From the NCBI RefSeq assembly GCF_009914755.1, contig NC_060927.1: DNA of 64,000 nt; one strand, given 5' to 3'. The number at the start of each line of letters is the position of its first letter. Position 1 is the stretch's first letter. This DNA comes from the human T2T-CHM13v2.0 reference genome, Homo sapiens. Shown here in pieces: positions 29,135 through 41,800 of the stretch. A program made the position numbers and the translations under genes. Under the pieces are notes generated by a model, which was not told the origin of the DNA, ran no database searches, and worked only from the letters and a program-made list of their open reading frames with translations.

Positions 29135-30069
29135 AAAATTGATATAAGCTCACATACCTTAAATAATTACATATCTAAGGTATGGTAATCACATTCCTTA
29201 ATTAAATTCTTTAATACCTTAAAGTATTCTAGAAAAGGTAAAATCTGCAAAGCAGACAACATAGTACCATCATATGGGTAGGACTGGTAAATACTGATTT
29301 CCATTTCCTTTTTTTCTGACTATGCAAAGCTAGTTTTTTGAACTACACATCTTTGTTATAAAACCAGTCCTCTCTAGTGGTCACCTTAATAGCGTGGAGG
29401 AAGGATAATAATCAAATGATAGTGTTTACATCCTGTAAAAATGTATTGCCATGAGTGTATAGGAAACAGACCAAGTGAATGTATGTACGGGGTGCTGACA
29501 GAATTAAGGGAGATTAAGAGACCCAGAAATGTGGACTAGAAGATGTAACATAGAGAATTAGAAACTCACTGTAGAGATTCCAGGGTCCCCAGATAACCCC
29601 TATTTCAATGGGAGCCCTAGCACAGTTTTTGAGAGTTCTTCTCCCTCTCATTTCGAATACAGGTGCAGGATCAAACTAGAGAGATGTTCTCCTTGTCTTG
29701 CCTCCTCCTAAAATTGTGCTCCAGGAAAGGTAGGATATTTAAATAGAAGGATCACCACTGTTATGTATTCAAATGTTGCTAAACAATGTTCCTTGGGGAT
29801 CAGTAAAAGTTTCCTAAAGAATTTGGGGTTTAAGATAAATACTAAGGGATGAAGAGTATTAACTAGTAAAATGAGGTTGAGATTGAAGAGAAGATACACT
29901 TTATAAGCAGAGAAAATAACAAAATATAAATCCAGAGAGAGAGAAACACAGAGAAAGAAAAAGAGAAAGAGACTAAGAAGTTGATTTCAGGGCACAGTAT
30001 GTAGTTTATTAGAACTGGCTTATGAGAAGCAAATAAACTATACTTAAGAAAAAAGCATAGAAGGGCAAG

Positions 30070-30500
30070 AAGGGACTCATTATGTAGGGCATTATAAAAT
30101 ATAAGGATATGAATTGGATTTTTAATAAAATGAGTAGACACTGAGAGCTTTTAAGCATGGAAATGACGGATATGTTTAATTTTGTGCTTTAGAACAATTT
30201 GAGAATGGATTACAGGGGATCAAAACTGGAAGCTAGGAGACCTGTTAGGATACTGTTTCAGTAAACAGAATATAGATGATAACAGATTTCATTTTGGCAG
30301 TAGTAGTGTGAAGAAAGTTAAAAACTAAAAATCCTCTGACATTAAATAGGAAGTTAAAAAAATATAAGACTTGGAGACCAACTTGATATGAGAGTGAAAA
30401 AGAGCAATATTAAGAATTACCCAAGAATTGCTGGACAGGACAACAGAGCAGCACACATAGCTGGTCTTCAAGTCAGAGAGCACAGGAAAAATGGAAGGTG
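30070..30500 (-). mobile_element. L2 fragment
   Basis: cactgagagcttttaagcatggaaatgac...tttgtgctttaga...gagaatggattacaggg...aggagacctgttaggatactgtt. Confidence 0.6.
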
Positions 30501-30693
30501 TGTTGTTGAATGGGATAATTGCTATTTATTCTATGCCATATTTATGCATGAGAGTGATTATGATATTTCAGTACAAAATACTTAAAACTACATCCAGTTC
30601 AATATCACTGTGAATGCCTCAAAGATAGTAACTTTCCATATCATCTTTATATTTCTAATGCTATCATAGAGCTAACACAAGAGGCATTCAGAT

Positions 30694-30844
30694 GCCAGCC
30701 ATGCTGACTCACTCCTATAATCACAGCACTTCAGGAAGCCGAAGTGGGAGGATCACTTGAGCCCAGGAGTTCAAGGCTGCAGTGAGCTATGATCATCCCA
30801 TGGCACTCCAGCCTGGGTGACAGAGGGAGACCCTGCTTCAAAAA

Positions 30845-30879
<35 letters not shown>

Positions 30880-30880
30880 A
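30694..30880 (+). mobile_element. Alu monomer (FRAM/AluJ-type) with (TAAA)n tail
   Basis: gggaggatcacttgagcccaggagttcaaggctgcagtgagctatgatc...cagcctgggtgacagag followed by (taaa)n. Confidence 0.88.
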
Positions 30881-32561
30881 ATCCCCAAACCTGGCCCCTA
30901 TCTGGAACTCTTGTATCAAAATATCTTAGCCCAGAACACAGGTGATTATAAAATGCAAGGCGAGTGACATTCAACAAATTATATCCACTATCTGGGGTTG
31001 AGAGCTACTATTCCAGGGGGTGGGTATACCGCAAAAAACTGGAGAGCCAGAGTACCTCATCTTGTGGGACTTACAGGCAAAGACTTGTGGGAGCCAGAGA
31101 GAAACAAAGGCAGGAAGTCAGAAATAGTTGCTATGCAAATTCAAATGTTCTAAAATTTAAATAAATAATAGTTAATAACACATTGTGACATAATTATATA
31201 CAAAACAACTAAATCGTATAATTAAAAAAAAAAACCACATCTTCTTTGGCAGTCATTACTCCAGGCAATATCATCTTGGAATAGTCTTAAGCCTATAAGT
31301 AAATAACTAAATCATAACATCACCGTTTCCAAATCAGAATTTTCAGCCCTCATTCCTGTATTACACCTGTGACACAGAATATATTTAATTCTGTTGAAAA
31401 CAACCTCTTGGTTTCCAGATATTCCCTAGTTGTAGAGTATACACCAGAGCCTGTGAGGGATAGTGATAAGTGAGTGGACACATTACTGCAAAAAGTGACC
31501 GCAGGACTACAAGAAGAGCTGCAAATATGAAGACAAAACAACATGGGACCATTGTGAGTAAGCAGTTATATTACATATTCTAGAGTTTGCCCTACTATTG
31601 GACAAAAGACATAGAAAAGCAAAAAATAGCTATGGCAAAATGAACAAAGGGGACATTAAGTCCAATTTTCCTCAAAGGCCCATGCACGCATCCTGATATT
31701 CAAGCATGGTGGAACACTAATGTTCCTAACTTGATATAATCATTTTTAAAAATTAAAATAAAAAAATTAAAAGGCTACACATCTCAGAGTGTTTTACAAA
31801 GCCATGATGAAGAGTAAATATTTTATTTCAGGGAATTAAACATTAATTATCTGGAAAGTTTTACTGATTCTGAACATTTAATTTCCCAGAGGGTATAGTA
31901 TAAATGAAACGTTACTAGCCTGTTACAATGGGTGATCCATTATTGCCTGTTACTAATTAGTAATACAGCAAATTAGTATTAATTTCATTTACCATTTGCC
32001 TCCAAGTAAAATATGAGAGTCATTTGTCAACAGATAATTAAAACATGGCTGCAGTATATTTTGTGCATATAGAGTTAATATGCACAAAATATCATATAGC
32101 TATTATATATACATTTGCTACTTTATGTAAGAATTATGTGCACAAATAATTTAAGTTTCATAAGTAAATATATACTTTTATCATTACTTTAGAGTATTAG
32201 ATATAGCTTCTTATACATTTCCATTAGATTTTCATTTGTGACTCAATAAATTTAATTGATTATTTAAAGCATCTCAGAATAGAAGCAAGTACTGCGTATT
32301 CATATTTATCAAGTGCCAAAAAATGTGCTAGGAATTTATTTTCTCATGCAATTTTATAATAATGTCTACAAAGTCATTCAAGATAAACACAAACACTCTC
32401 TTTTAAAAATTAGGTGAATTAATTAATAAAGGACTAATCTGAATATTTGAATAAATAAAATCTCTGAACATCAGAGAAGTCGGAAGACTCACTGACAGTT
32501 TCAAGCTACTAAAAAGCAAAGTCAGGATTTAAAACCTGATTATTCTGATTCTATAGTTTGT

Positions 32562-32740
32562 CATGTTCAAAGTGTGGTCCCCCTGGCCAATAACCATTAG
32601 TAACCTCTGAAAATTTGTTAGAGATGCAAATTTTGTGGCTCCACCCCAGATTTACTGATCACAAACTTTGGGAGCTGGTCCTGCAATCTATATTTTATTC
32701 TTCCAGGTGATTCTGATTTAAGCTAAAGTTTGAGAATCAC
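32562..32740. mobile_element. MER5A hAT-Charlie DNA transposon
   Basis: tcaaagtgtggtccc...ttgttagagatgcaaatt...ccaccccagatttactga...ccaggtgattctgat...aaagtttgagaatcac. Confidence 0.8.
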
Positions 32741-32829
32741 ATAAGTGTCAATGCTTCCTTCTCTGTACCATGCAACTCCTGTAATTTAGTGAAATTTTAG
32801 CCACAAAATCTTCACAGGCTCCAGTTCTT

Positions 32830-33290
32830 AAACATGAGCATCTCCAGATCCAGCTTACCCTTCTGCATCTGACTGTATGCTTTGTGAATGACCTTTATGG
32901 ACCACAGAAGTAATCCTCCACCTTGAGGACTTCTAGTTAGGTTCCCTCAATTATTAGGTGGCAATGGCAGGGGATTTAAGAAGAAAAAACAAGGATTTCA
33001 GTGGGCTCACTACTCCAGTTCTCTTCATGTCATGTTGCTTTGGGCTGGCTTTATCCCCCAATTTTAACTGTTTCATTTGAGCAAAAATCCCCAGAGAGTT
33101 CTTTCTCTAGTATAGGGTAACTGTCTCTTGACCTGTGTCTTCCTTACCAGAGATAGAAATGATGCCACACTTACACTCCCCCTGGCTTCTATCCATTGTG
33201 GTTTTCGTACACCATAACTACACATTCTTGTTATACTTTTTTCAAATTTTCTAATATGAATGTGCCACCTATCACCCACAGGGGCACTGA
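32830..33290 (+). mobile_element. old ERVL LTR (LTR33-like)
   Basis: ccagatcc...tgacctttatggaccaca...cttctagttaggtt... and a 3' end tgtgccacctatc. Confidence 0.45.
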
Positions 33291-33484
33291 GAAACTTACT
33301 TCGACTATCATAATTTAATCAACATGCAGTGTTTCATGTTGTTACTTTTAAAATATCCTCTATTAAATGTATAATGGATAATTACTCAAACATACTTAAA
33401 GTACATACCTAAAAAACTACATCTAAATCCAAAAAATTCATTTCCTTGTACTTATAGTTAAGTGACACTGGCTCTAAGAAACCA

Positions 33485-33800
33485 GATTAGTGTGAGGTAT
33501 GCAGCAGTAACAATTTATAATAGCTCAGTGGTTGGTTGAACACAATAAAAAGTTTGTTTTTCCTTACACAAAAATTGATGAGAGAGGGAAGCCCTCTTCT
33601 AGATAGTGACTTCATTAATTCCGTGGCTCCACGTCAAAGACAGAGAGGATGGGAGACTTAGACTTTCCTATAAATGCTTTGGCCAAGAAGTGAAAGATTT
33701 TGCTGATTGCCATTTGTCAAAAAAATAAAAATAAAAATAAGGCACAGGCCCAACCCAATGCAAGGAAATCTGGGTAACATGGCAAACACCATATATCTTT
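33485..33800 (-). mobile_element. old MLT1 LTR fragment
   Basis: tatgcagcagtaacaa...ctcagtggtt...aacacaataaaaagtttgttt. Confidence 0.45.
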
Positions 33801-35072
33801 AAACACTCTCCAAAGAGATGATTTTCATTCACCATGGAAAGGATAAATTATAAGAAAAGGCAACATGGAAAAAAACATGCCATGTACAACTTGTACAGGC
33901 CTTTTCATTAACTTTCCTAGTAAGCAAATGCACTTTTTTGTTTTTAACATATAACGGTTTATCACAATATAATTCACATGCCGTAACATTCACCCATTTA
34001 GGTAGTAAAATTCAGTTGTTTAGGATATGTCTACAGAGCTGTGCAATCATTGTCACATTTAATTTTAGAGTATTTTCACCATGCTGATATCCATTAGCAA
34101 TCCCTCCTCATTTGTCCCAATGCAACCTTGTAGGCAACCATTAATCCATTTTGTGTTTCTGTGTATTTGCCTATTGTGGACATTTCATATAAATGGACTC
34201 AGACAATATGACTTCTGTGACTGTCTTCTTTCAATTAACATAATGTTTTTTAAGATTCAGACAGATTTAGCATATATCAATGCTTTATTCCTTTTAATTG
34301 CCAAATAATATTCCATTGTATGGATATAACACGTTTTGTTTATTCCTTCATCAGTTGATGGAAATTTGGATTGTTTGTTTCCACGTTTTGGCCATTCAGA
34401 ATAATGCTGCTATGAACATTCTTGTACAAGTTTTGTGTAGACTTATGGTTTCATCCCTCTTGTATATACCTAACTTCTGGCTCATATAATAACTCTATGC
34501 TTAACCTTTAGATAAACTGCCATACTGTTTTCCAAAGTATCTGTACCATTTTACATTCCCACTAATCATTATAAAGGGGTGACAATTTCTCCATCTCCTG
34601 CCATAACTTTTTATTATAATCATCCTACTAGAAGTGAAGTAGTACTTCATTGCAGTTTGCATTTCCTTAATAACTAAAGACTTTGGGCAACATTTCGTGT
34701 GTTTATTGGTCATTCATATATCTCTGGAGAAATGTCTTTTCATATCCTTTGTTAATTTTCAATTGGGATATTTATCCTTTTAGCATTGAGTGGTAGTATT
34801 CTGTGTATATCCTGTACACAAGTCCCTTATTAGAAACATGATTTGTAAATATTTTCTCCCATTCTATCAGTTGTCGTTTAACTCTCCTTATGGTATCCAT
34901 TGAAGAACAGAAGCCTTTCATTTTGATTCTAATTTATTTTTACTTTTGTCATTTGTTATTTTTTCTTACATCTAAGAAGGCTATCTCTCATCCAGGGTTA
35001 CAGTCTTCCTGCATTTGCATTGAATATTTTTAAAACTTTAGCTTTTACATTTAGGTTTATGACCCACTTGAG

Positions 35073-35490
35073 ATATATATATACACATATACATGTATAT
35101 ACACACACACACATATATATGTACACACACACGTATATATGTATATATACACACACATACGTATATATGTATACACACACATACGTATATATGCATATAC
35201 ACACATACGTATGTATGCATATACACACATATGTATGTATGCATATACACACATATGTATGTATGCATATATACACACATATGTATGTATGCATATATAC
35301 ACACATATGTATGTATGCATATATACACACATATGTATGTATGCATATATACACACATATGTATGTATGCATATATACACACATATGTATGTATGCATAT
35401 ATACACACATATGTATGTATGCATATATACACACATATGTATGTATGCATATATACACACATATGTATGTATATATACATATGTGTGTGC

Positions 35491-35551
<61 letters not shown>

Positions 35552-35553
35552 TA
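35073..35553. repeat. alternating purine-pyrimidine array with a 26-bp minisatellite core
   Basis: Unit atatatacacacatatgtatgtatgc is repeated about 8 times, flanked by (TA/CA)n and (TG)n(TA)n. Confidence 0.95.
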
Positions 35554-36353
35554 GCAAGGAAGGAGTCCAACTTCTTTCTATTGCATGTGAATAACCAGTT
35601 GTCCCAGCACCATTTTTTGAAAAGACTACTGTTTTCTCATTGAATTTTCTCAACTCTTTTGTTGAAAATCGATTGATCATAAATATAACAGTATGGTTCT
35701 ACAACCTAAATTCTATTTCATTGATCTATAATATCTTTTTTCATGACAGTCTCACAATGTTTTCATTCCTGTAGCTTTGTAGCAAGCTTTGATATAGAAA
35801 GTGTGAGTCTTCCAAATTTGTTGTTCTTTGTCAAGATCATGTTAGTTTTTCTGGGTTCCTTGAATTTCCGTGAAAATTTTAGAGTTAGCTTGTCAATTTC
35901 TGCAAATAAATTTTCTGTGAAGTTTTTAAACAATACCTGGGATTTTAATAAAGTTTATTAAATATATAGATCACTTTGAAGAGATTCTCATTATAATAAT
36001 ATTAAGTCTGCCAATCCATTAATGTGAGAGGTGTTTCCATTTACTTAAGTATTTCAGTACTTATTAATATTTTATTTTTGTGGTTTATTTTTGAACGTAT
36101 TCTGTTAGATGTATTCCTAAGTATTTTATTATATTTTCTACTATTGCAAGTGAAATTATTTCCCTAAGTTTAAGGATTTTTCATTGCTAATGTATAGCAA
36201 TACAATTTTTTGTATATTGATCTTATTTCCTGAGAACTTGCTAAATTGGTTCACTTACTCCCATAACATTCTAGAGGACTCTAAAAACTCCTAGATACAA
36301 AATATTATAATTTCAAAACAGAGATAGTTTACATCTTTCCTCTAGTCTGGGTG

Positions 36354-36948
36354 CCCCTCCCTTCCTTCCTTCCTTCCTTCCTTCCTTCCTTCCTTCCTTC
36401 CTTCCTTCCTTCCTCCCTCCCTCCCTCTCTCTCTCCCTCCCTTCCCGCCTTCCTTCATTCCTTCCTCCCTTCTCTTTTTCTCCCTCTTTCCTTCTCTCTC
36501 TCTTTCTCTGTCTCTGCTTCTCAATGTCCCCTCCCTCCTTCCTTCCCTCCCTCCCTCCCTTTCTTCCTTCCTCTTCTCTTTTTCTCCCTCCTTCCTTCTG
36601 TTTCTCTCTCTCTACCTCTCACCATCCCCTCCCTCCCTCTCTCCTTCCCTCTCTCCCTCTCTTCCTTCCTTCCCTCCTTTCCTTCCTTCCTTCTTTCCTT
36701 CCTTCCTTCCTTCTTTCCTTCCTTCCTTCCCTTCCTTCCTTCCTTCCTTCCTTCCTTCCTTCCTTCCTTCCTTCCCTCCCTCCTTTCCTCCCTTCCTTCC
36801 TTCCCTCCTTTCCTTCCTTCCTTCTTTTTTTTCTCCCTCCTTCCTTCTCTCTCTTTCTCTCTCACTCTGATTCTCACCATCCCTCCCTCCCTCTGTCCCT
36901 CCCTCCCTCCCTCCCTTCCTTCCTTCCTTCCTTCCTTTTTTTCTCCTT
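36354..36948. repeat. ~600-bp polypyrimidine (TTCC/TCCC/TC)n complex tract
   Basis: Direct reading. Confidence 0.95.
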
Positions 36949-38400
36949 CTAATCGAACTGTACTGGATAAAATATCCAGTAAAGTTTTGAATAGAAGTGA
37001 CAGGAATGGAGAATCTTGTCTTTTTCCTGATTTTAGGTGGATGACATTTAATCTTTCACCGTGATGTTGGCTGTGGATTTTTCTCAGCTGTCCTTTATTG
37101 GGTTGAGGAATTTCCCTTCTATTTCTAGTCTTCATTTCATGTATCCTGAGGCTATGTTTGGTGCATGTATGTTTATAATCATAATTTTCTGATGGTTTGG
37201 CCCTTGGAGATTTTGGAGATTTTTGAATATATAGATTCATGTTTTACATCAAATTTGAAAAGTTTTTAACCATTAGTTCATTAAGTAGTTTTTCTATTGC
37301 TTTCTCTCTTATCTCTTCTCCTAGTAGTCCTATTAGGCGTATGATGGTGGTAAATGATGTCCTATATTCCTCTGTAGCATTATTCACTTTCTTTATTCTT
37401 TTATCTCAGTTCTTTAGATTGCATAATTTCTTGCAACCTAGTTTCATGTTTGCTGAATGTTTCATCTTTTAGTTCTAATCTACTACTCTATTTTTTATTT
37501 CATTTACTGTACTTTTTCAACCTATAATTTGTATGCCTGCCTTACTCCCTTAGCAAATCTCTAAGCTACTGCTCCAGAGATGGGAGTAAGGACATGGGCC
37601 TGCTTCCCTCAGAATGACATGAGTGGTTTATGAGATGGTCATTCAGCATCAGTGGTAGCCTCTGGTCTTCTTGGCTTGCTTTTTCTGGAATGCAAGGAAT
37701 CTTTACGTTATTAGTAAGCTCAGGTGAAAGCAACAGACCTCTCAGAATTCTCAGTCTGCCATGCCTGAATTAAAGCCTCTGTCCTGTGAGTTGTGGCTGG
37801 GTGGAGGAAGGGAAACCCAAGCTCTTGGCTGCATTCTCCCAGAATCAGCCTCTGTAACACAGAACTGGAGAGTGGGTGAGAAATGCTGGCAGCTGCCTTT
37901 CTTGTGAAGATACTGCAGCCCTTGACTGGGAGCTAAAGGAAGAAGGAACCTGAACTTCTTGGCCACACCCACTAGGAATGGAGCTTCTGTCAGGCTGTGC
38001 TAGGGAGTGAGAGGGAGGGAGCAGGTTCTTTCTGAAAGGCCACAGACTCATTCTTACCTAATTTAATAATTTTTCTTGAATAAAGTGTCTGTGTGCTGTT
38101 TGCTCATAGTACAATTTTCAGACTTTAACTGATTGCAGTTTTATTAATTTTCCACATTTATTGTTGTTTGCTGGGGAGTGGGTACATGGAGCTCCTCACG
38201 CAGCCATTACGATTGTTCACACTGCTTTTAATTCCAATTAATTTCTTGGAAACTCTCCTTTCTGATTAGTTGGAAGACCAAAATGTCTCTAGAACCTTAG
38301 CTGATATTTCATTAAAACCAGAGGTTTACTCAGTAAAGAGGAACGTTGTTATTCACAAAATACACATGAAGAAACAGGCAAAGTCTGCTCAATTCCTGGT

Positions 38401-38816
38401 TGCTATGCACTGAATTGTGTCATCCCAAAATTCAAATGTTGAAGCTCCAAGCCTCAATGTGATGCCATTAGGAGATGAAGATGGGGCCTTTGGGAGATAA
38501 TAGGTTCAGATAAGGTCATGAGGGTGGCTCTCTAACGATGGGATTTAGTATCCTTATAAGAAGAAACACACACACACTATCTCTCTCTCTCCCCCTCCCT
38601 CCCTCCTTGCCTTCCTCCTTTTCAACCCAATCTTTCTCTCTCTGCAGTGTGAGGACATAGCAAGGAGGAAGCTGTCTGCAAGCCCAGAAGAGACCCCTCA
38701 CCACACCATGCTGGCATCCTAACCTCAAACTTCCAGACTCCAGAACGTTGGAAAAATAAATTCCTGTCATTACATCCACCTAGTCTATGGTATTTTGTAT
38801 GGCAGCTGATTAGACA
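38401..38816 (+). mobile_element. MLT1A/A0-like MaLR LTR
   Basis: tgctatgcactgaattgtgtcatcccaaaattcaaatgttgaag...tgaggacatagcaagg...cttccagactccagaac...aaataaattcctgt...ccacctagtctatggtattttgt. Confidence 0.88.
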
Positions 38817-39250
38817 CTGGCACTTCTGCTTTTGTTCTTAGCCTATAATACTGCTATTGAACACTACTCCCACACATTCTGTGGAATACCTGTTCATAGC
38901 AGGAGTTCTACTCCTGGTGACCCAGATCACTACACCAATCCTGGCATTGGGTTTCAATGTTATAGCTCATTACATTTCACTCTCAAATGCTCAGCTTATA
39001 CTCCCACAGCAGTGAAATTGACTCTAGAAAAGACTGCCAGCTATAGTGACATATTTCCTGAGACTAGACTTTCCAATTAAAATGTCCAGCGCTAGTGGTG
39101 AGCCTGAGTTAGCAATGCAGATTCCTTCTCTCTCATGTTGAGCTTTTTGGGTGTCCTCAATAAATTTCCTTCCAAACAACATCAGTTTGATCAATGACCC
39201 TCTGTGAGAAAAATTTTAATTATATTAAATCTCAAAAGAAAAAGATTATG

Positions 39251-39780
<530 letters not shown>

Positions 39781-40649
39781 TTAATCCTTTCCCTTTAGAA
39801 AGTTTATTTACCCCAATTCAAATATCTCTACCTCCTACCTTCTGAGCAGCTCTGCATTCCAAGGACCTTTGGGAGAAATTCAAGGTCACAATCGTCTTAC
39901 TACACAGTTCTCCAAACACAATTGCTGCTTATCTGTGCTTTATTTACATACCTTAAAAGGACCATTCCAGTGATTCTTCTCTGAACAAAAAAGTTATCTT
40001 CCAAGGTGACTTGCTCTGTCCACAAAGAAAGAGAGCCAATAATATCATATTACAGAATTTTAAGGGTTTTTCTTTTGTTTTCCTAAGAAATCACCTTACA
40101 CATTTAACAACATTTTAATTGAAAGATCAGCAAAACTAAAAAGTGAGAAATAAATAAATTCAGTCTAAAATATAATGCGGCCACATTTCCACTACATTTT
40201 ATTTATTATCTCTATAAATTCTGCAAAATGAGGAATGTGTTTTGGTTCTTGGCCTCATGGGTACTCATGTATTTTACAAAGACGCTGGTGAAATATTTTG
40301 TTATACAAATCACAAGATATAGTTTACACACAGATCTCAGGTTTTTATACATTTCTCCCTAAAGGGTATTCATATTTAATAAATCGCTGATTGAAATCTG
40401 AAGCAATTAAGTCGTAATGACCTTGGCATAGTAGTGGATGTATTTTCTTTTAAAACAATGTCAGTGCTTTTTTCTAGCCTGTGCAGAAGACAGCCAAGTT
40501 AAGGTAACATCACATGTAACTTTTTATCTCTCAAATATTAATACACAGGACGTTTTAAGTCACACTGATCAAATCTACCTGACAGCCTCTTGCTTTGTTA
40601 GACCAAGCTAAATACCTTGCTTAGAAGTTCCACTTTTTAATATAAGTAA

Positions 40650-41800
40650 AAGCCATGAATGTCACAACAGGCAAAACAAGTGTCTAATATTGTGTTCATT
40701 TTTATCTTATTTTCTCTTTTTTGAAATCATGAATAGAAAATTTTACTATACTTTATGTTGTTATAATACAACATTTGAACATCTTGGTTATAAAATCAAG
40801 TATCCATATTTATAGAGCAAAGTAAGATCATTCACTTTCCTCTTCTATTTTCACTCTTTCTTTTATTCCCAGAGGTAACCTTTCCCATTAGCTATTATAT
40901 TTTTGTACAGGCCTTTCACTTCATTTCTATACACAATTTACCGGATAATAAATGAAATTTTAATTTTTTTCCCCCTAGGCTAATCCCTGAAAAAAAAAAT
41001 AGTACATAGTATATAAGCCTGACAATCTCAGTTTCTTGGAAATTCTTTGACCCCTCAAATACCCTTTAATAAATTATTTTTCCTGTTTAAACTTCCAGGA
41101 TATATTCTATCCTTAACAATAAGAGCCCTGAATGACACTGTTGCTTTTCTTGACACTTTTTCCTGAGAGAATGTCGATGGATAATAAACTCCCTAAGTTT
41201 CTGGTTATCATTAAATAAATATGCCAAATGATAACTTAGCTGAGAACAGTACTTCTATTTCACTGCCCTCTCTGTTCAGCATCGTGCAGGTGCTGTTCTA
41301 TGTTTTTCTAAATACAGGGTTGCAGATAATGTTTTTCCTTTGTAGGTACCTTCTTCTTTCTGCTTTGAATCTTACAAGTTATGATTGTCTTGCTTCTTAG
41401 CGTTCAGAGGTTTTATCAGGAAATACCTGGTTTTGTGTGTCCATTCTGATCTCTTCATCTTTGAATTTGAGCTTTGTCAAAGGGAAGCCTTTCTTCAGGT
41501 CAGGAAAAATTTCTTCTAATTGCCCAATTTTTGTCCTTCCATCATCAGTTTATATTTCACTTTCCAGAACTTCTGTTCTTTCATATATAATTTCACTAGA
41601 CTATGTCCTTCAAGTCTACATTTTTTTCCTTCATTATCTTGTGCTTTTGTTCTATGCTCTGAGATATCTTCTAAAACCTCGAATTTGAGTTTGAATCTAT
41701 TTTCTTTCCTTCAGTATAGCTACTGATCATCTTATTGTTATTGCTGCTATTGGGAAAGCATTTTTTCAGAAGTCTTGAAGTCATTTTTGGGCTGGGCCTC
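40650..41800 (-). mobile_element. highly decayed L1ME-like fragments
   Basis: T-rich antisense L1-like phrases (cccagaggtaacc, tcaggaaaaatttcttctaat). Confidence 0.4.

Larger units (their letters stand above)
33935..38208 (-). mobile_element. long old L1M element (3' UTR, ORF2, ORF1 and 5' UTR pieces), interrupted by microsatellites
   Basis: Antisense L1M 3' end at ~33940, ORF2 text (ccagttgtcccagcaccatt, gtagctttgtagcaag), and a 5'-UTR-like end gctcctcacgcagccat at ~38207. Confidence 0.75.

Noticed and set aside
31410-31562. Possible lncRNA exon (tttccag acceptor ... gtgagt donor)
   Set aside because: Splice-like motifs alone are not enough, and there is no ORF or transcript evidence available.
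34998-35680. Six overlapping 150-207 aa ORFs rich in Y/I/H/T/C/V
   Set aside because: They are translations of the purine-pyrimidine microsatellite, which lacks stop codons.
36342-37240. 237-aa and 239-aa ORFs (LPSF / GRKE repeats)
   Set aside because: They are translations of the (TTCC)n tract plus L1 ORF2 remnants.
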